From IMG/VR virus record IMGVR_UViG_3300037424_000116, positions 1-46,406 of that record: DNA of 46,406 nucleotides; one strand, 5' to 3'. The notes below the pieces were generated by a model, which made no database searches, had not been told where the DNA came from, and was given only the letters and a program-made list of their open reading frames with translations. Origin of the DNA: a virus. Its lineage: Duplodnaviria > Caudoviricetes. The position numbers and the translations under genes are program-made. This document shows, in pieces, positions 28,351-35,264 of this stretch; the stretch's first letter is position 1; each line of letters opens with the position of its first letter.

Positions 28351-28599
28351 ATGAACAATTGTGACGATGTTTGCTGCGTTGCTCCTGTTCCCCGGGAGAT
28401 ACCGGAAATCACAGACCATATCCGAACCCGGCACAATATCAGTCTCAGATTCGAGACTTTCGGTTCGGATACCTCGGCTCAGCTACTCCGCACTCCCGAG
28501 GATTTCGCTCAGCTACTCTACAAGCGGAATTCTTCTAATATCAAGGTTGTTCACGTGGTCACTGAGATTCGGACCAGCCGCACGGTCTACGGCCTGTAG
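28351..28599 (+). CDS. Hypothetical protein, 82 aa
   Basis: GAGG RBS; ends at the terminator. Confidence 0.65.
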   Translation: MNNCDDVCCVAPVPREIPEITDHIRTRHNISLRFETFGSDTSAQLLRTPEDFAQLLYKRNSSNIKVVHVVTEIRTSRTVYGL

Positions 28600-28600
28600 G

Positions 28601-28632
28601 AAAAGGGGGAGGAGAAATCCTCCCTTTTTTTT
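28601..28632 (+). terminator. Intrinsic terminator (probably bidirectional)
   Basis: AAAAGG-GGGAGGA-GAAA-TCCTCCC-TTTTTTTT. Confidence 0.9.
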
Positions 28633-28637
28633 ATCTA

Positions 28638-28653
28638 TGGCTGGCGCTTTGCT
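28638..28653 (+). promoter_or_regulatory. Sigma54 -24/-12 motif upstream of the 28678 ORF
   Basis: TGGCTGGCGCTTTGCT immediately after the terminator. Confidence 0.5.
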
Positions 28654-28677
28654 TATTGTAACTATTAGGAGAATAAT

Positions 28678-28839
28678 ATGAAAGTTATGCTAATGCGCGA
28701 ACGTGATAGACGTAAGGTTTTCTTCTTGCATTATGTAATCTTTACTTTGTGTAATGATTACCCTGATGGTGCCTACCTTTACACGCGAATTCTCGCGCGA
28801 TTCTGCTGCAAGTGCGAAGTATGGGAAGATGAAGATTAA
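28678..28839 (+). CDS. 53-aa hypothetical protein (not in ORF track)
   Basis: AGGAGA RBS; MKVMLMRERDRRKVFFLHYVIFTLCNDYPDGAYLYTRILARFCCKCEVWEDED. Confidence 0.55.
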   Translation: MKVMLMRERDRRKVFFLHYVIFTLCNDYPDGAYLYTRILARFCCKCEVWEDED

Positions 28840-29010
28840 TCTCCTTAACAATTATAGTATCTGATAGTGGCATTTCCTATTGCATGTAGCAAACTTGCTA
28901 TCAGATTTATAACGGAACCGTATCCGACCTAATTCCTTACTATTTCCTTACTGATACCTTACTCATTCCGCCCTCTTTCCTACCTGCCCGAATCGACCTA
29001 ACTCGCCTCG

Positions 29011-29023
29011 AATCAACGACTTA
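29011..29023 (+). promoter_or_regulatory. IHF consensus site
   Basis: AATCAACGACTTA matches WATCAANNNNTTR. Confidence 0.6.
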
Positions 29024-29217
29024 CCGCTTACCCTCCCTCTCTCCCCTATCCCGATAGGGGCACTTTGCCGGGTATGAGGGTCTGTCAGTGTTGAGTCTCT
29101 TTTTATTTTTTTTTTTTTTTTAATATATAATACCATAACATTACCCACTGTCCTATTCTGATGACAAAGGGCTGAAACAGGGGGGATAGACTTCCATTAG
29201 AGGGGGAGGGTAGTCTG

Positions 29218-29230
29218 TAAGTGATTGATA
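29218..29230 (-). promoter_or_regulatory. IHF consensus site
   Basis: Minus strand TATCAATCACTTA matches WATCAANNNNTTR. Confidence 0.6.
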
Positions 29231-29459
29231 CGCCTCGGGTTAGGTCGCTTCCGGTAGTATGGAAACCAGTAGGAAACAGTAGGGAATGAGGGGGGAAACA
29301 GTAGGGAAACCGGGTGTCTCAGGACTGAAAAAGGGGACAATATTGTAGTTCTCGATGTTATGAGAAAGCGAAAGTAGTATATTATCTTCGCCTTTTGTTC
29401 GTATTCTGGTCCTGGGTAGACTATGACGACTTTTGTCTACCTCAGTGACGACTTTTGTT

Positions 29460-29475
29460 AGGCACAGGGTTTGCA
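29460..29475 (+). promoter_or_regulatory. Sigma54 promoter for the replication arm
   Basis: AGGCACAGGGTTTGCA, near-consensus. Confidence 0.65.
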
Positions 29476-29478
29476 TAA

Positions 29479-29525
29479 TCACAAGATATGGTAGTGTCCT
29501 CAAAAGTGGACACTATTAGTAGTGG
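29479..29525. promoter_or_regulatory. Tandem NrdR-box-like sites
   Basis: TCACAAGATATGGTAG (29479) and ACACTATTAGTAGTGG (29510), 31 bp apart, resembling acaCwAtATaTwGtg. Confidence 0.5.
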
Positions 29526-29534
29526 TATCGAGTC

Positions 29535-29550
29535 TGGTATAATTCTTGCA
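29535..29550 (+). promoter_or_regulatory. Overlapping sigma54 motif and sigma70 extended -10
   Basis: TGGTATAATTCTTGCA is GG-N10-GC and contains TGnTATAAT. Confidence 0.6.
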
Positions 29551-29629
29551 CCTTATCCCCTGTCAGGACCGATTCACTTGTCACCTAAAGAGGACGATAA
29601 TATTATTAACTGGTTATGGAATGGAGAAT

Positions 29630-30343
29630 ATGATGAATCAAACCCCTGTAGTCACTCGTAAGATTGGAGATTGTGAATCTTGCGACAAAAAGCAGATTCC
29701 AATTCGTCCATTACATAGCAAAACTATATGGCTATGTGATGAATGTTATGAAATCGAGATACAAGCTCAAGTCGATTCTGCTAGGGCTCGACAGGCTGAA
29801 CTCCAGAGGAATAATCCTGTGAATATTGCAATCTCTGAAGCTGCCAAGCTAGACTCAACAGTCCAAGTTAGGACTGACCTTTTCAATGCTGCTACAGTTG
29901 CTATCAATGAGTTGAAGTCAGTTATAGACGCAGACGCGACTATAACTAATAAGCCATACGAATTGGCTACACAGTTAAAGGCTCGATTCCTACACTTCCG
30001 TGATGTAGTTTTCGAGATGAACCAGAAAATTGTGGAAGCTGGTAATCAACAGAAAGCTATACAGATTTATCTGAATCAGCTTGCCAATTCATTACGTGAA
30101 GAAGAACGTAATAAATTAAAGCTCTCAGATATCAGCTACAAGCCTGCTACACCCAAAACTCCAACAGTTAAAACTGTTAAGACTGCCAAGACAAAGCTCG
30201 ATAAGACTGAACTTCGTAAGTTTGCGGGCGAGCTTGGAGTCTCAGAATTTACACTTCAAATGGTTGTTGTTCAGAAGGGAATTTCTGTTGAGGCAGCTGC
30301 GCATATGCTGCGTCAATCTATTAATGCTGCCAAGTCTCAGTAA
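29630..30343 (+). CDS. Zn-finger / coiled-coil / C-terminal HTH-like protein
   Basis: CESC...CDEC; C-terminal ELRKFAGELGVSEFTL; GGAG RBS favours ATG 29630/29633 over the track start. Confidence 0.7.
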   Translation: MMNQTPVVTRKIGDCESCDKKQIPIRPLHSKTIWLCDECYEIEIQAQVDSARARQAELQRNNPVNIAISEAAKLDSTVQVRTDLFNAATVAINELKSVIDADATITNKPYELATQLKARFLHFRDVVFEMNQKIVEAGNQQKAIQIYLNQLANSLREEERNKLKLSDISYKPATPKTPTVKTVKTAKTKLDKTELRKFAGELGVSEFTLQMVVVQKGISVEAAAHMLRQSINAAKSQ

Positions 30344-30348
30344 TTATC

Positions 30349-30441
30349 ATGACTTGGGAAACTCTACCAGATTATTTCTACGAGATGAGTGAATACTCTC
30401 GTAGACAGTTTCTCATTATTCACAAACTGTTAAAGGACTAA
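30349..30441 (+). CDS. 30-aa peptide
   Basis: MTWETLPDYFYEMSEYSRRQFLIIHKLLKD fills the intergenic gap; weak RBS. Confidence 0.35.
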   Translation: MTWETLPDYFYEMSEYSRRQFLIIHKLLKD

Positions 30442-30444
30442 ATA

Positions 30445-32583
30445 ATGGACCGTAATACAGCGTCCAAACTATGCCGGGCTGAATTAGATAGATTCAATCT
30501 ATCTGATTGGCATATTCGTATAACTACAGACCCCAATGCTCCATTCTTGGGACTGTGTGTATACAGGGATAAGAGCATTATCCTTAATGCGTTTCATATT
30601 GACATTCATCCATACGATGAAGTAATCAATACTATACGGCATGAAGTAGCCCACGCAATTGTTGGACCCGGCCACGGTCATAACAGTGTATGGGAAGAAA
30701 AAGCGCGTGAAGTAGGTTGTGATAACACTTTCCCCTGCTCACATCTTGATTTACCTGAACATATCATAGATGCTATCCGTTCAGGCGCTACAGTCGAAAT
30801 GACAGTAGAAGAAAAGGTTGTCACCAACGTCATTAGGACTCCGAAGTTCCAAGTCACACGTCTACAGGAGAAATGTCCTGAATGTGGTAAGGTAGCTATT
30901 GAGAAGTTCTCGATTGAGAGTGTAGACAAAGAGGGTAATCAAATCAAATTGATTACTCTTGATTGTTTTCACATCATCAAGAAAGTTATTCCAAGGGCTA
31001 CACCCTATGAGCTTATGGTGTCTAATGACTGGAAGCCTGAGATTAAGACTTGTCAACACGATTGGATTAAGAATCAATGCAGTAAGTGTGGAGAGTTCAA
31101 ACTCTTTAACTTTCAGACTATTGGCGCTCGCGCCGCTGAGATTGCACTAGCTATGCAGAAAGGATTTGGATTCTTTGATGATATGGGACTTGGTAAGACT
31201 GTTGAGGCACTCGCGGTCTTGAAGTTTCATTACAAGACACTGACTCCTGCTCTCATCGTCACTAAATCTGCTATCAAATTTCAATGGTTCAAGCAGCTTA
31301 TTCGATGGCTTGGACCTGACTTTATCGCTCAGACTATCACAACTTCCAAGGATTTCGTAATTCCTGGACTTAAGGTCTATATCATTCCTTATGACTTACT
31401 TCGCCGGTTTCCACAGGAGAAGCTAACGAAACTCGGAATCAAGCTAGTCATTCTTGATGAATGTCAGCAAATCAAGAATGTTGACTCAGCTCGGACTCAG
31501 GAAGTTCGTAAGCTAGTCAACAACAATGGATGCAAGGTCATTCCATTGTCAGGAACACCGTGGAAGAATCGTGGTAGTGAGTTCTTCCCCACGCTTAATC
31601 TCATGGACCCCATCAAGTTCTACTCTAATCAGCACTTTCTTGATACATGGGTAGAGTATTATTGGGATGGGCCAAAGCGGAAGATGGGTGGTATTAGGAA
31701 TCCTAAGAAATTCCGCGAGTATACGTCTAATATCCTCATTAGACGTGAGTATGAAGAAGTCATGGACGAATTCCCTGATATCAATCGGACTAAGATGCCT
31801 GTTCAGCTAGACACTCTTGAACAGTCTACTTACGACGAATCAGTATCAGACTTCGTTACGTGGTATAACGAGTATGTCATCAATGGGGAGGAAGATAAAG
31901 TCAGTGGTATTGAAGTAATCGCCAAGATGTCACGAATGAGACACCTTGTTGGTATTGGCAAGATTCCGGCCACACTTGGATATGTGGAGGAATTCATTGA
32001 GGATACTGACAAGAAAATCGTTATCTTTGTGCATCACAAGGATGTGGGAGTGTTGATGGTAAATGCTCTCACTAACACTGATAAGGCTTCTAATCCTGAT
32101 TGGTATGGATTGGCTCAGACTCTCAAGGATGAGAACATTCCTGTATATCAGTATACTTCATCCCATACAGGCCGTCCTGAGGGATACATGATACAAGAGA
32201 ACTTTAATAATTCCTCGCGCTGTGTCATGGTAGCTTCCACTCTAGCTTGTGGTGAGGGTATTGACTTGCAGACTTGTTCAGACTGTATTCTCCATGAGAG
32301 ACAGTGGAATCCACAGAATGAGGACCAAGCCGCGCCGGGCAGATTCCGTCGTATTGGTCAGGTATCAAATGTAATCAATATCACTGTTCCATCAGGTGAG
32401 GGAACTATTGATGAACATTTGGATGCTATCGTGGATACCAAGCGTAGACAATTCCATGATGTTATGAACAAGGGTCAAGTTCCTACTTGGAATGAAGGTG
32501 ATATTGCTAAGCAGGTTGCACAGAAAATCGTGCAAAAGTTCAATGAGAAGAAGGCTAAAGAATCCAAGCGTAAGGCTGGATAA
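30445..32583 (+). CDS. SprT-like metalloprotease fused to SNF2-family helicase/translocase
   Basis: LGLC and TIRHEVAHA..GHGHNSVW (SprT); DDMGLGKT, LDECQ, LSGTP, GEGIDLQ, WNP, GRFRRIGQ (SNF2 motifs); CxxC linkers. Confidence 0.9.
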   Translation: MDRNTASKLCRAELDRFNLSDWHIRITTDPNAPFLGLCVYRDKSIILNAFHIDIHPYDEVINTIRHEVAHAIVGPGHGHNSVWEEKAREVGCDNTFPCSHLDLPEHIIDAIRSGATVEMTVEEKVVTNVIRTPKFQVTRLQEKCPECGKVAIEKFSIESVDKEGNQIKLITLDCFHIIKKVIPRATPYELMVSNDWKPEIKTCQHDWIKNQCSKCGEFKLFNFQTIGARAAEIALAMQKGFGFFDDMGLGKTVEALAVLKFHYKTLTPALIVTKSAIKFQWFKQLIRWLGPDFIAQTITTSKDFVIPGLKVYIIPYDLLRRFPQEKLTKLGIKLVILDECQQIKNVDSARTQEVRKLVNNNGCKVIPLSGTPWKNRGSEFFPTLNLMDPIKFYSNQHFLDTWVEYYWDGPKRKMGGIRNPKKFREYTSNILIRREYEEVMDEFPDINRTKMPVQLDTLEQSTYDESVSDFVTWYNEYVINGEEDKVSGIEVIAKMSRMRHLVGIGKIPATLGYVEEFIEDTDKKIVIFVHHKDVGVLMVNALTNTDKASNPDWYGLAQTLKDENIPVYQYTSSHTGRPEGYMIQENFNNSSRCVMVASTLACGEGIDLQTCSDCILHERQWNPQNEDQAAPGRFRRIGQVSNVINITVPSGEGTIDEHLDAIVDTKRRQFHDVMNKGQVPTWNEGDIAKQVAQKIVQKFNEKKAKESKRKAG

Positions 32584-32608
32584 CTACTACTGACTAACGG
32601 AGGGACGT

Positions 32609-32779
32609 ATGGCTGCTATCGGAAGGCCCGTGCGTGAGATTGTAGCGGAACCGTTGGAATGGCCCATGCCTCGCAAGGTTGACATTCCAAACGAACCCGT
32701 TATCTGGACTCCTGACCCCGACTTTTCACCTGAGTTTGAAAAGAAAAGGGAGAAGGTTCCTGAGAAGGTGGACGTATAA
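32609..32779 (+). CDS. Pro-rich peptide, copy A (56 aa, not in ORF track)
   Basis: GGAGG RBS; MAAIGRPVREIVAEPLEWPMPRKVDIP...; TAATG coupling to next gene. Confidence 0.85.
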   Translation: MAAIGRPVREIVAEPLEWPMPRKVDIPNEPVIWTPDPDFSPEFEKKREKVPEKVDV

Positions 32780-33153
32780 TGAAAAACCATCCAACCCATC
32801 CACCTGTTAGAGCATGGCGCTTATTTGATGTGGTAACATCACCTAATGGCAGGTCGCATCTTGTATCGCCTATTCACAATGGTATGCCTATGTATCCTAA
32901 TCAGGTATACAAGGCAGATTGTATCCATTCATGGGGACAACATGATGCTCCGCAGTTTGATTGCACTTGTGGATTCTACGCATTTAAGAAGCGTAGAGAT
33001 GCAAGGTCATATCTGCGTCAGACAATCATGGCAGAAGTTCTGCTTGGTGGTAGGATAATCGAGACTGAAATCGGTTATCGTGCTGAGCAGATGATTATTG
33101 TGAAGCTCTACCCAACCAAAAAGGAGGTGCGCCATGAAGTAGGGTATCTATAA
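32779..33153 (+). CDS. CxCGFYA-family protein, copy A
   Basis: HPPVRAWR, C..H.AP..CTCGFYA, EVLLGG.IIETE.GYRAEQMIIVKL; paralog of 33920-34321. Confidence 0.85.
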   Translation: MKNHPTHPPVRAWRLFDVVTSPNGRSHLVSPIHNGMPMYPNQVYKADCIHSWGQHDAPQFDCTCGFYAFKKRRDARSYLRQTIMAEVLLGGRIIETEIGYRAEQMIIVKLYPTKKEVRHEVGYL

Positions 33154-33175
33154 TATGGAAGTTAAATTTTATTGA

Positions 33176-33207
33176 GTCCCACTACCCATTATGGGCACGG
33201 TCGCTTC
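33176..33207. repeat. TCCCAC-hairpin-GGTCG element 1
   Basis: GTCCCACTA-CCCA-tta-TGGG-CACGGTCGCTTC. Confidence 0.8.
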
Positions 33208-33270
33208 AACGATTAGTGAGGATGTTATGACTTGAATATGATTTGCAAGCTACCCTTTATTAAACTTATT

Positions 33271-33306
33271 ATCCCACCGCCATCTCCTATTGGCGTGGTC
33301 GCGTTC
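33271..33306. repeat. TCCCAC-hairpin-GGTCG element 2
   Basis: ATCCCAC-CGCCA-tctcctat-TGGCG-TGGTCGCGTTC. Confidence 0.75.
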
Positions 33307-33390
33307 GTAGGAAGAATGAAGGGTCGGTCAGTTATTGCCGTGGGTAACTGATGAAGGAAAACACGGTAAATTAAAATTAAAAAAAAATGT

Positions 33391-33434
33391 GTCCCACTAC
33401 TTACTCTATATTTTGAGTAAGCACGGTCGTTCTT
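33391..33434. repeat. TCCCAC-hairpin-GGTCG element 3
   Basis: GTCCCACTA-CTTACTC-tatatttt-GAGTAAG-CACGGTCGTTCTT. Confidence 0.85.
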
Positions 33435-33450
33435 CTACTGGAGACTACTA

Positions 33451-33648
33451 ATGGGCCTAGCCGAACTAGTCAAGAAGCATGAAGAAGCACTTGACGCTGC
33501 CTATATGAAACTAAAGCTCTATGATACTGGCAGGCACGTTGTCAAGATGGAAAGCACAGAGTTCTATGCTGAACTAGCCAAGTCTGGGCATGACCATCCA
33601 GAAGTATACCGTTGCAAGTGTATACAAGACTGGAGGAATGGAAAGTGA
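33451..33648 (+). CDS. Hypothetical protein, 65 aa
   Basis: GGAG RBS directly after element 3. Confidence 0.7.
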   Translation: MGLAELVKKHEEALDAAYMKLKLYDTGRHVVKMESTEFYAELAKSGHDHPEVYRCKCIQDWRNGK

Positions 33649-33761
33649 AGTGTCAAGTATGTGGCCGCAAACCTAAACGATGGAGAGCGCCATATGTCAT
33701 ACTCAACAGTGGCAAGTATATGCACTTTGTTTGCTGGTTAAAGGCAGGATTGCCTGATTAG
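33645..33761 (+). CDS. 38-aa Zn-finger peptide
   Basis: GTGA overlap; MKCQVCGRKPKRWRAPYVILNSGKYMHFVCWLKAGLPD (CxxC...HxxC). Confidence 0.55.
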   Translation: MKCQVCGRKPKRWRAPYVILNSGKYMHFVCWLKAGLPD

Positions 33762-33771
33762 GAGAATAACT

Positions 33772-33927
33772 ATGAGCAGCATTGGTAAGCCAATCCGCAC
33801 TATTCAGGTAGAACCACTCGAATTTCCCCTTCCTAAGAAGGTAGATATTCCTTTGTGGATTCCTACTAAAACTGAACCCACTAGGATTCCTGCACCTACT
33901 AAAGTAAAGGAACCTGTCAATGACTGA
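33772..33927 (+). CDS. Pro-rich peptide, copy B (51 aa, not in ORF track)
   Basis: AGGAG RBS; MSSIGKPIRTIQVEPLEFPLPKKVDIP...; homologous to 32609 ORF. Confidence 0.85.
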   Translation: MSSIGKPIRTIQVEPLEFPLPKKVDIPLWIPTKTEPTRIPAPTKVKEPVND

Positions 33928-34321
33928 CGAATACACTACACATCCGCCAATTCGTGCATTTCGCCAATTTCTTATTGTTGGCGGAGAACTACGTCCGTTA
34001 GTGCAAACCTATGATACAGTCTTTGTCGAAAACAAAGTGTATCATGCTGAATGCACACGTGCTATAATAATTAAGTTATCTTATGACCCTTTTGGTATAC
34101 ATCACCCTGAATCTATCCCAGAAGAAAGCTGCACATGCGGATTCTACGCATGGAAAAAGCGTAGAGATTGCGCTAGATACTCAGATATGCGTAGTCCTGC
34201 TGCTGCAATGGGAGAAGTTCTGCTCGGTGGGAAGATAATCGAGACAGAACTAGGATACAGAGCCGAACAGATGATAATTGTCAAGTTGTTTCCTCAGATG
34301 AAAAGGAGGGTATCTTTATGA
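33920..34321 (+). CDS. CxCGFYA-family protein, copy B
   Basis: HPPIRAFR, CTCGFYAWKKRRD, GEVLLGGKIIETELGYRAEQMIIVKL. Confidence 0.85.
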   Translation: MTDEYTTHPPIRAFRQFLIVGGELRPLVQTYDTVFVENKVYHAECTRAIIIKLSYDPFGIHHPESIPEESCTCGFYAWKKRRDCARYSDMRSPAAAMGEVLLGGKIIETELGYRAEQMIIVKLFPQMKRRVSL

Positions 34322-34362
34322 TTGATTGAGCATTTAATGACGGAAAATTAAATTAAAAAATT

Positions 34363-34400
34363 GTCCCACTATCTGTTGATTGGCAGATATGGTCGTTCTT
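34363..34400. repeat. TCCCAC-hairpin-GGTCG element 4
   Basis: GTCCCAC-TATCTGTT-gatt-GGCAGATA-TGGTCGTTCTT. Confidence 0.85.
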
Positions 34401-34433
34401 ACAATCATATGAACCCTGACTAAGAGTAGAATA

Positions 34434-34715
34434 ATGAGCGAAAAACTAACTGTAACTCGCACCAACAATATCGGCTTGAAGTTCAAGCTGACTGAAGAAT
34501 CTCGATATGGGACATTAGTTACGCTTGGCAATAAGGCCATGCTAATTAAAGTTTCATTGGAGATATTCCTCGCATCATGGTATCGTTGGCAAATGAGGGG
34601 AGATAAGGTTCAAGAAGCCTTTTCTATGCTTAGTGCTGACGAGAGGGAATTCCTGATGTCTGGAATTACTAGTCAAGAATGGGACGAAATCTTTAAAGAT
34701 AAGGAAGAAAACTAA
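34434..34715 (+). CDS. Hypothetical phage protein
   Basis: VQEAFSMLSADEREFLMSGIT..EWD, a motif I recognise from phage hypothetical proteins. Confidence 0.75.
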   Translation: MSEKLTVTRTNNIGLKFKLTEESRYGTLVTLGNKAMLIKVSLEIFLASWYRWQMRGDKVQEAFSMLSADEREFLMSGITSQEWDEIFKDKEEN

Positions 34716-34963
34716 TGCAAACTTATCCTACCATTAAGCGTGGAACTGCTGTGGAATTCAGTCAAAATGGACTAATCTGCTTTGGTATCTGCGCCAAGGA
34801 TGGTAATCTTGGTGGAGAAATCGAAGTAGAAACTACAAAGGGTATTGTCAAGACTTGGCATATCCTTGCTTATGGTTGGACAGGTTGGATGCCTGAAGAA
34901 ATCACACAAATCTGGGAAAAGCATAATCCCACAACTACCGGAGATATCGCAGAATTCGAGTAA
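34715..34963 (+). CDS. Hypothetical protein, 82 aa
   Basis: TAATG coupling at both ends. Confidence 0.7.
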   Translation: MQTYPTIKRGTAVEFSQNGLICFGICAKDGNLGGEIEVETTKGIVKTWHILAYGWTGWMPEEITQIWEKHNPTTTGDIAEFE

Positions 34964-35031
34964 TGGAACTAGTAATCATCGCAATCTTTGTATCACTGTT
35001 GGTGATACTAATGGAAGGAATAGGAAAATGA
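34963..35031 (+). CDS. 22-aa hydrophobic peptide
   Basis: MELVIIAIFVSLLVILMEGIGK; TAATG and ATGA coupling on both sides. Confidence 0.55.
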   Translation: MELVIIAIFVSLLVILMEGIGK

Positions 35032-35264
35032 CAAATTATCTTCTACTGACTAACGACAAGTTCATCAAGCCTGGAACTTACACCCTTGAACTCGACGTGA
35101 AAAAGGGTAAGAAAGAGATTCACTGTGTCCTACAGGGTGTCAGAGTAGTTAGAGAAAACAAGCTCAAAGTGCGAAAGCCCATGTCAGAACAGGGCCGCAA
35201 GAATATTTCAAAGGCTAAGAAAGCCTACTTCAAGAAGATTAAAGCTACTAATGGGAAGGATTGA
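35028..35264 (+). CDS. Small basic protein with NUMOD3-like DNA-binding tail
   Basis: RKPMSEQGRKNISKAKKAYFKKIKA. Confidence 0.6.
   Translation: MTNYLLLTNDKFIKPGTYTLELDVKKGKKEIHCVLQGVRVVRENKLKVRKPMSEQGRKNISKAKKAYFKKIKATNGKD

Larger units (their letters stand above)
28925..29310. other. Symmetric origin-like element (iteron-like repeats, inverted IHF sites, central T-tract)
   Basis: TWCCTTACT x3 at 11-bp period (28933-28963); AGTA(G/T)G(G)AA x4 (29256-29310); ~50-bp imperfect IR 28991-29040 / 29199-29250; T-run 29100-29121. Confidence 0.55.

Noticed and set aside
28868-28884. Sigma54-like TGGCATTTCCTATTGCA
   Set aside because: Spacing is GG-N11-GC, one base too long; it lies in an ATCTGATAG/CTATCAGAT inverted repeat of unknown meaning
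28963-29503. Minus-strand ORFs of 61 and 87 aa
   Set aside because: They run through poly-T and repeat-rich regulatory DNA and do not look protein-like
33348-33361. Hammerhead-like CTGATGA...GAAA
   Set aside because: Only 2 nt between the motifs, so there is no stem II and no suitable stem I/III arrangement
33176-33434. Mini CRISPR array
   Set aside because: Units are irregularly spaced, the conserved parts are short and split, the variable parts are self-complementary, and no cas operon is present (the PD-(D/E)XK gene sits in a recombination module)
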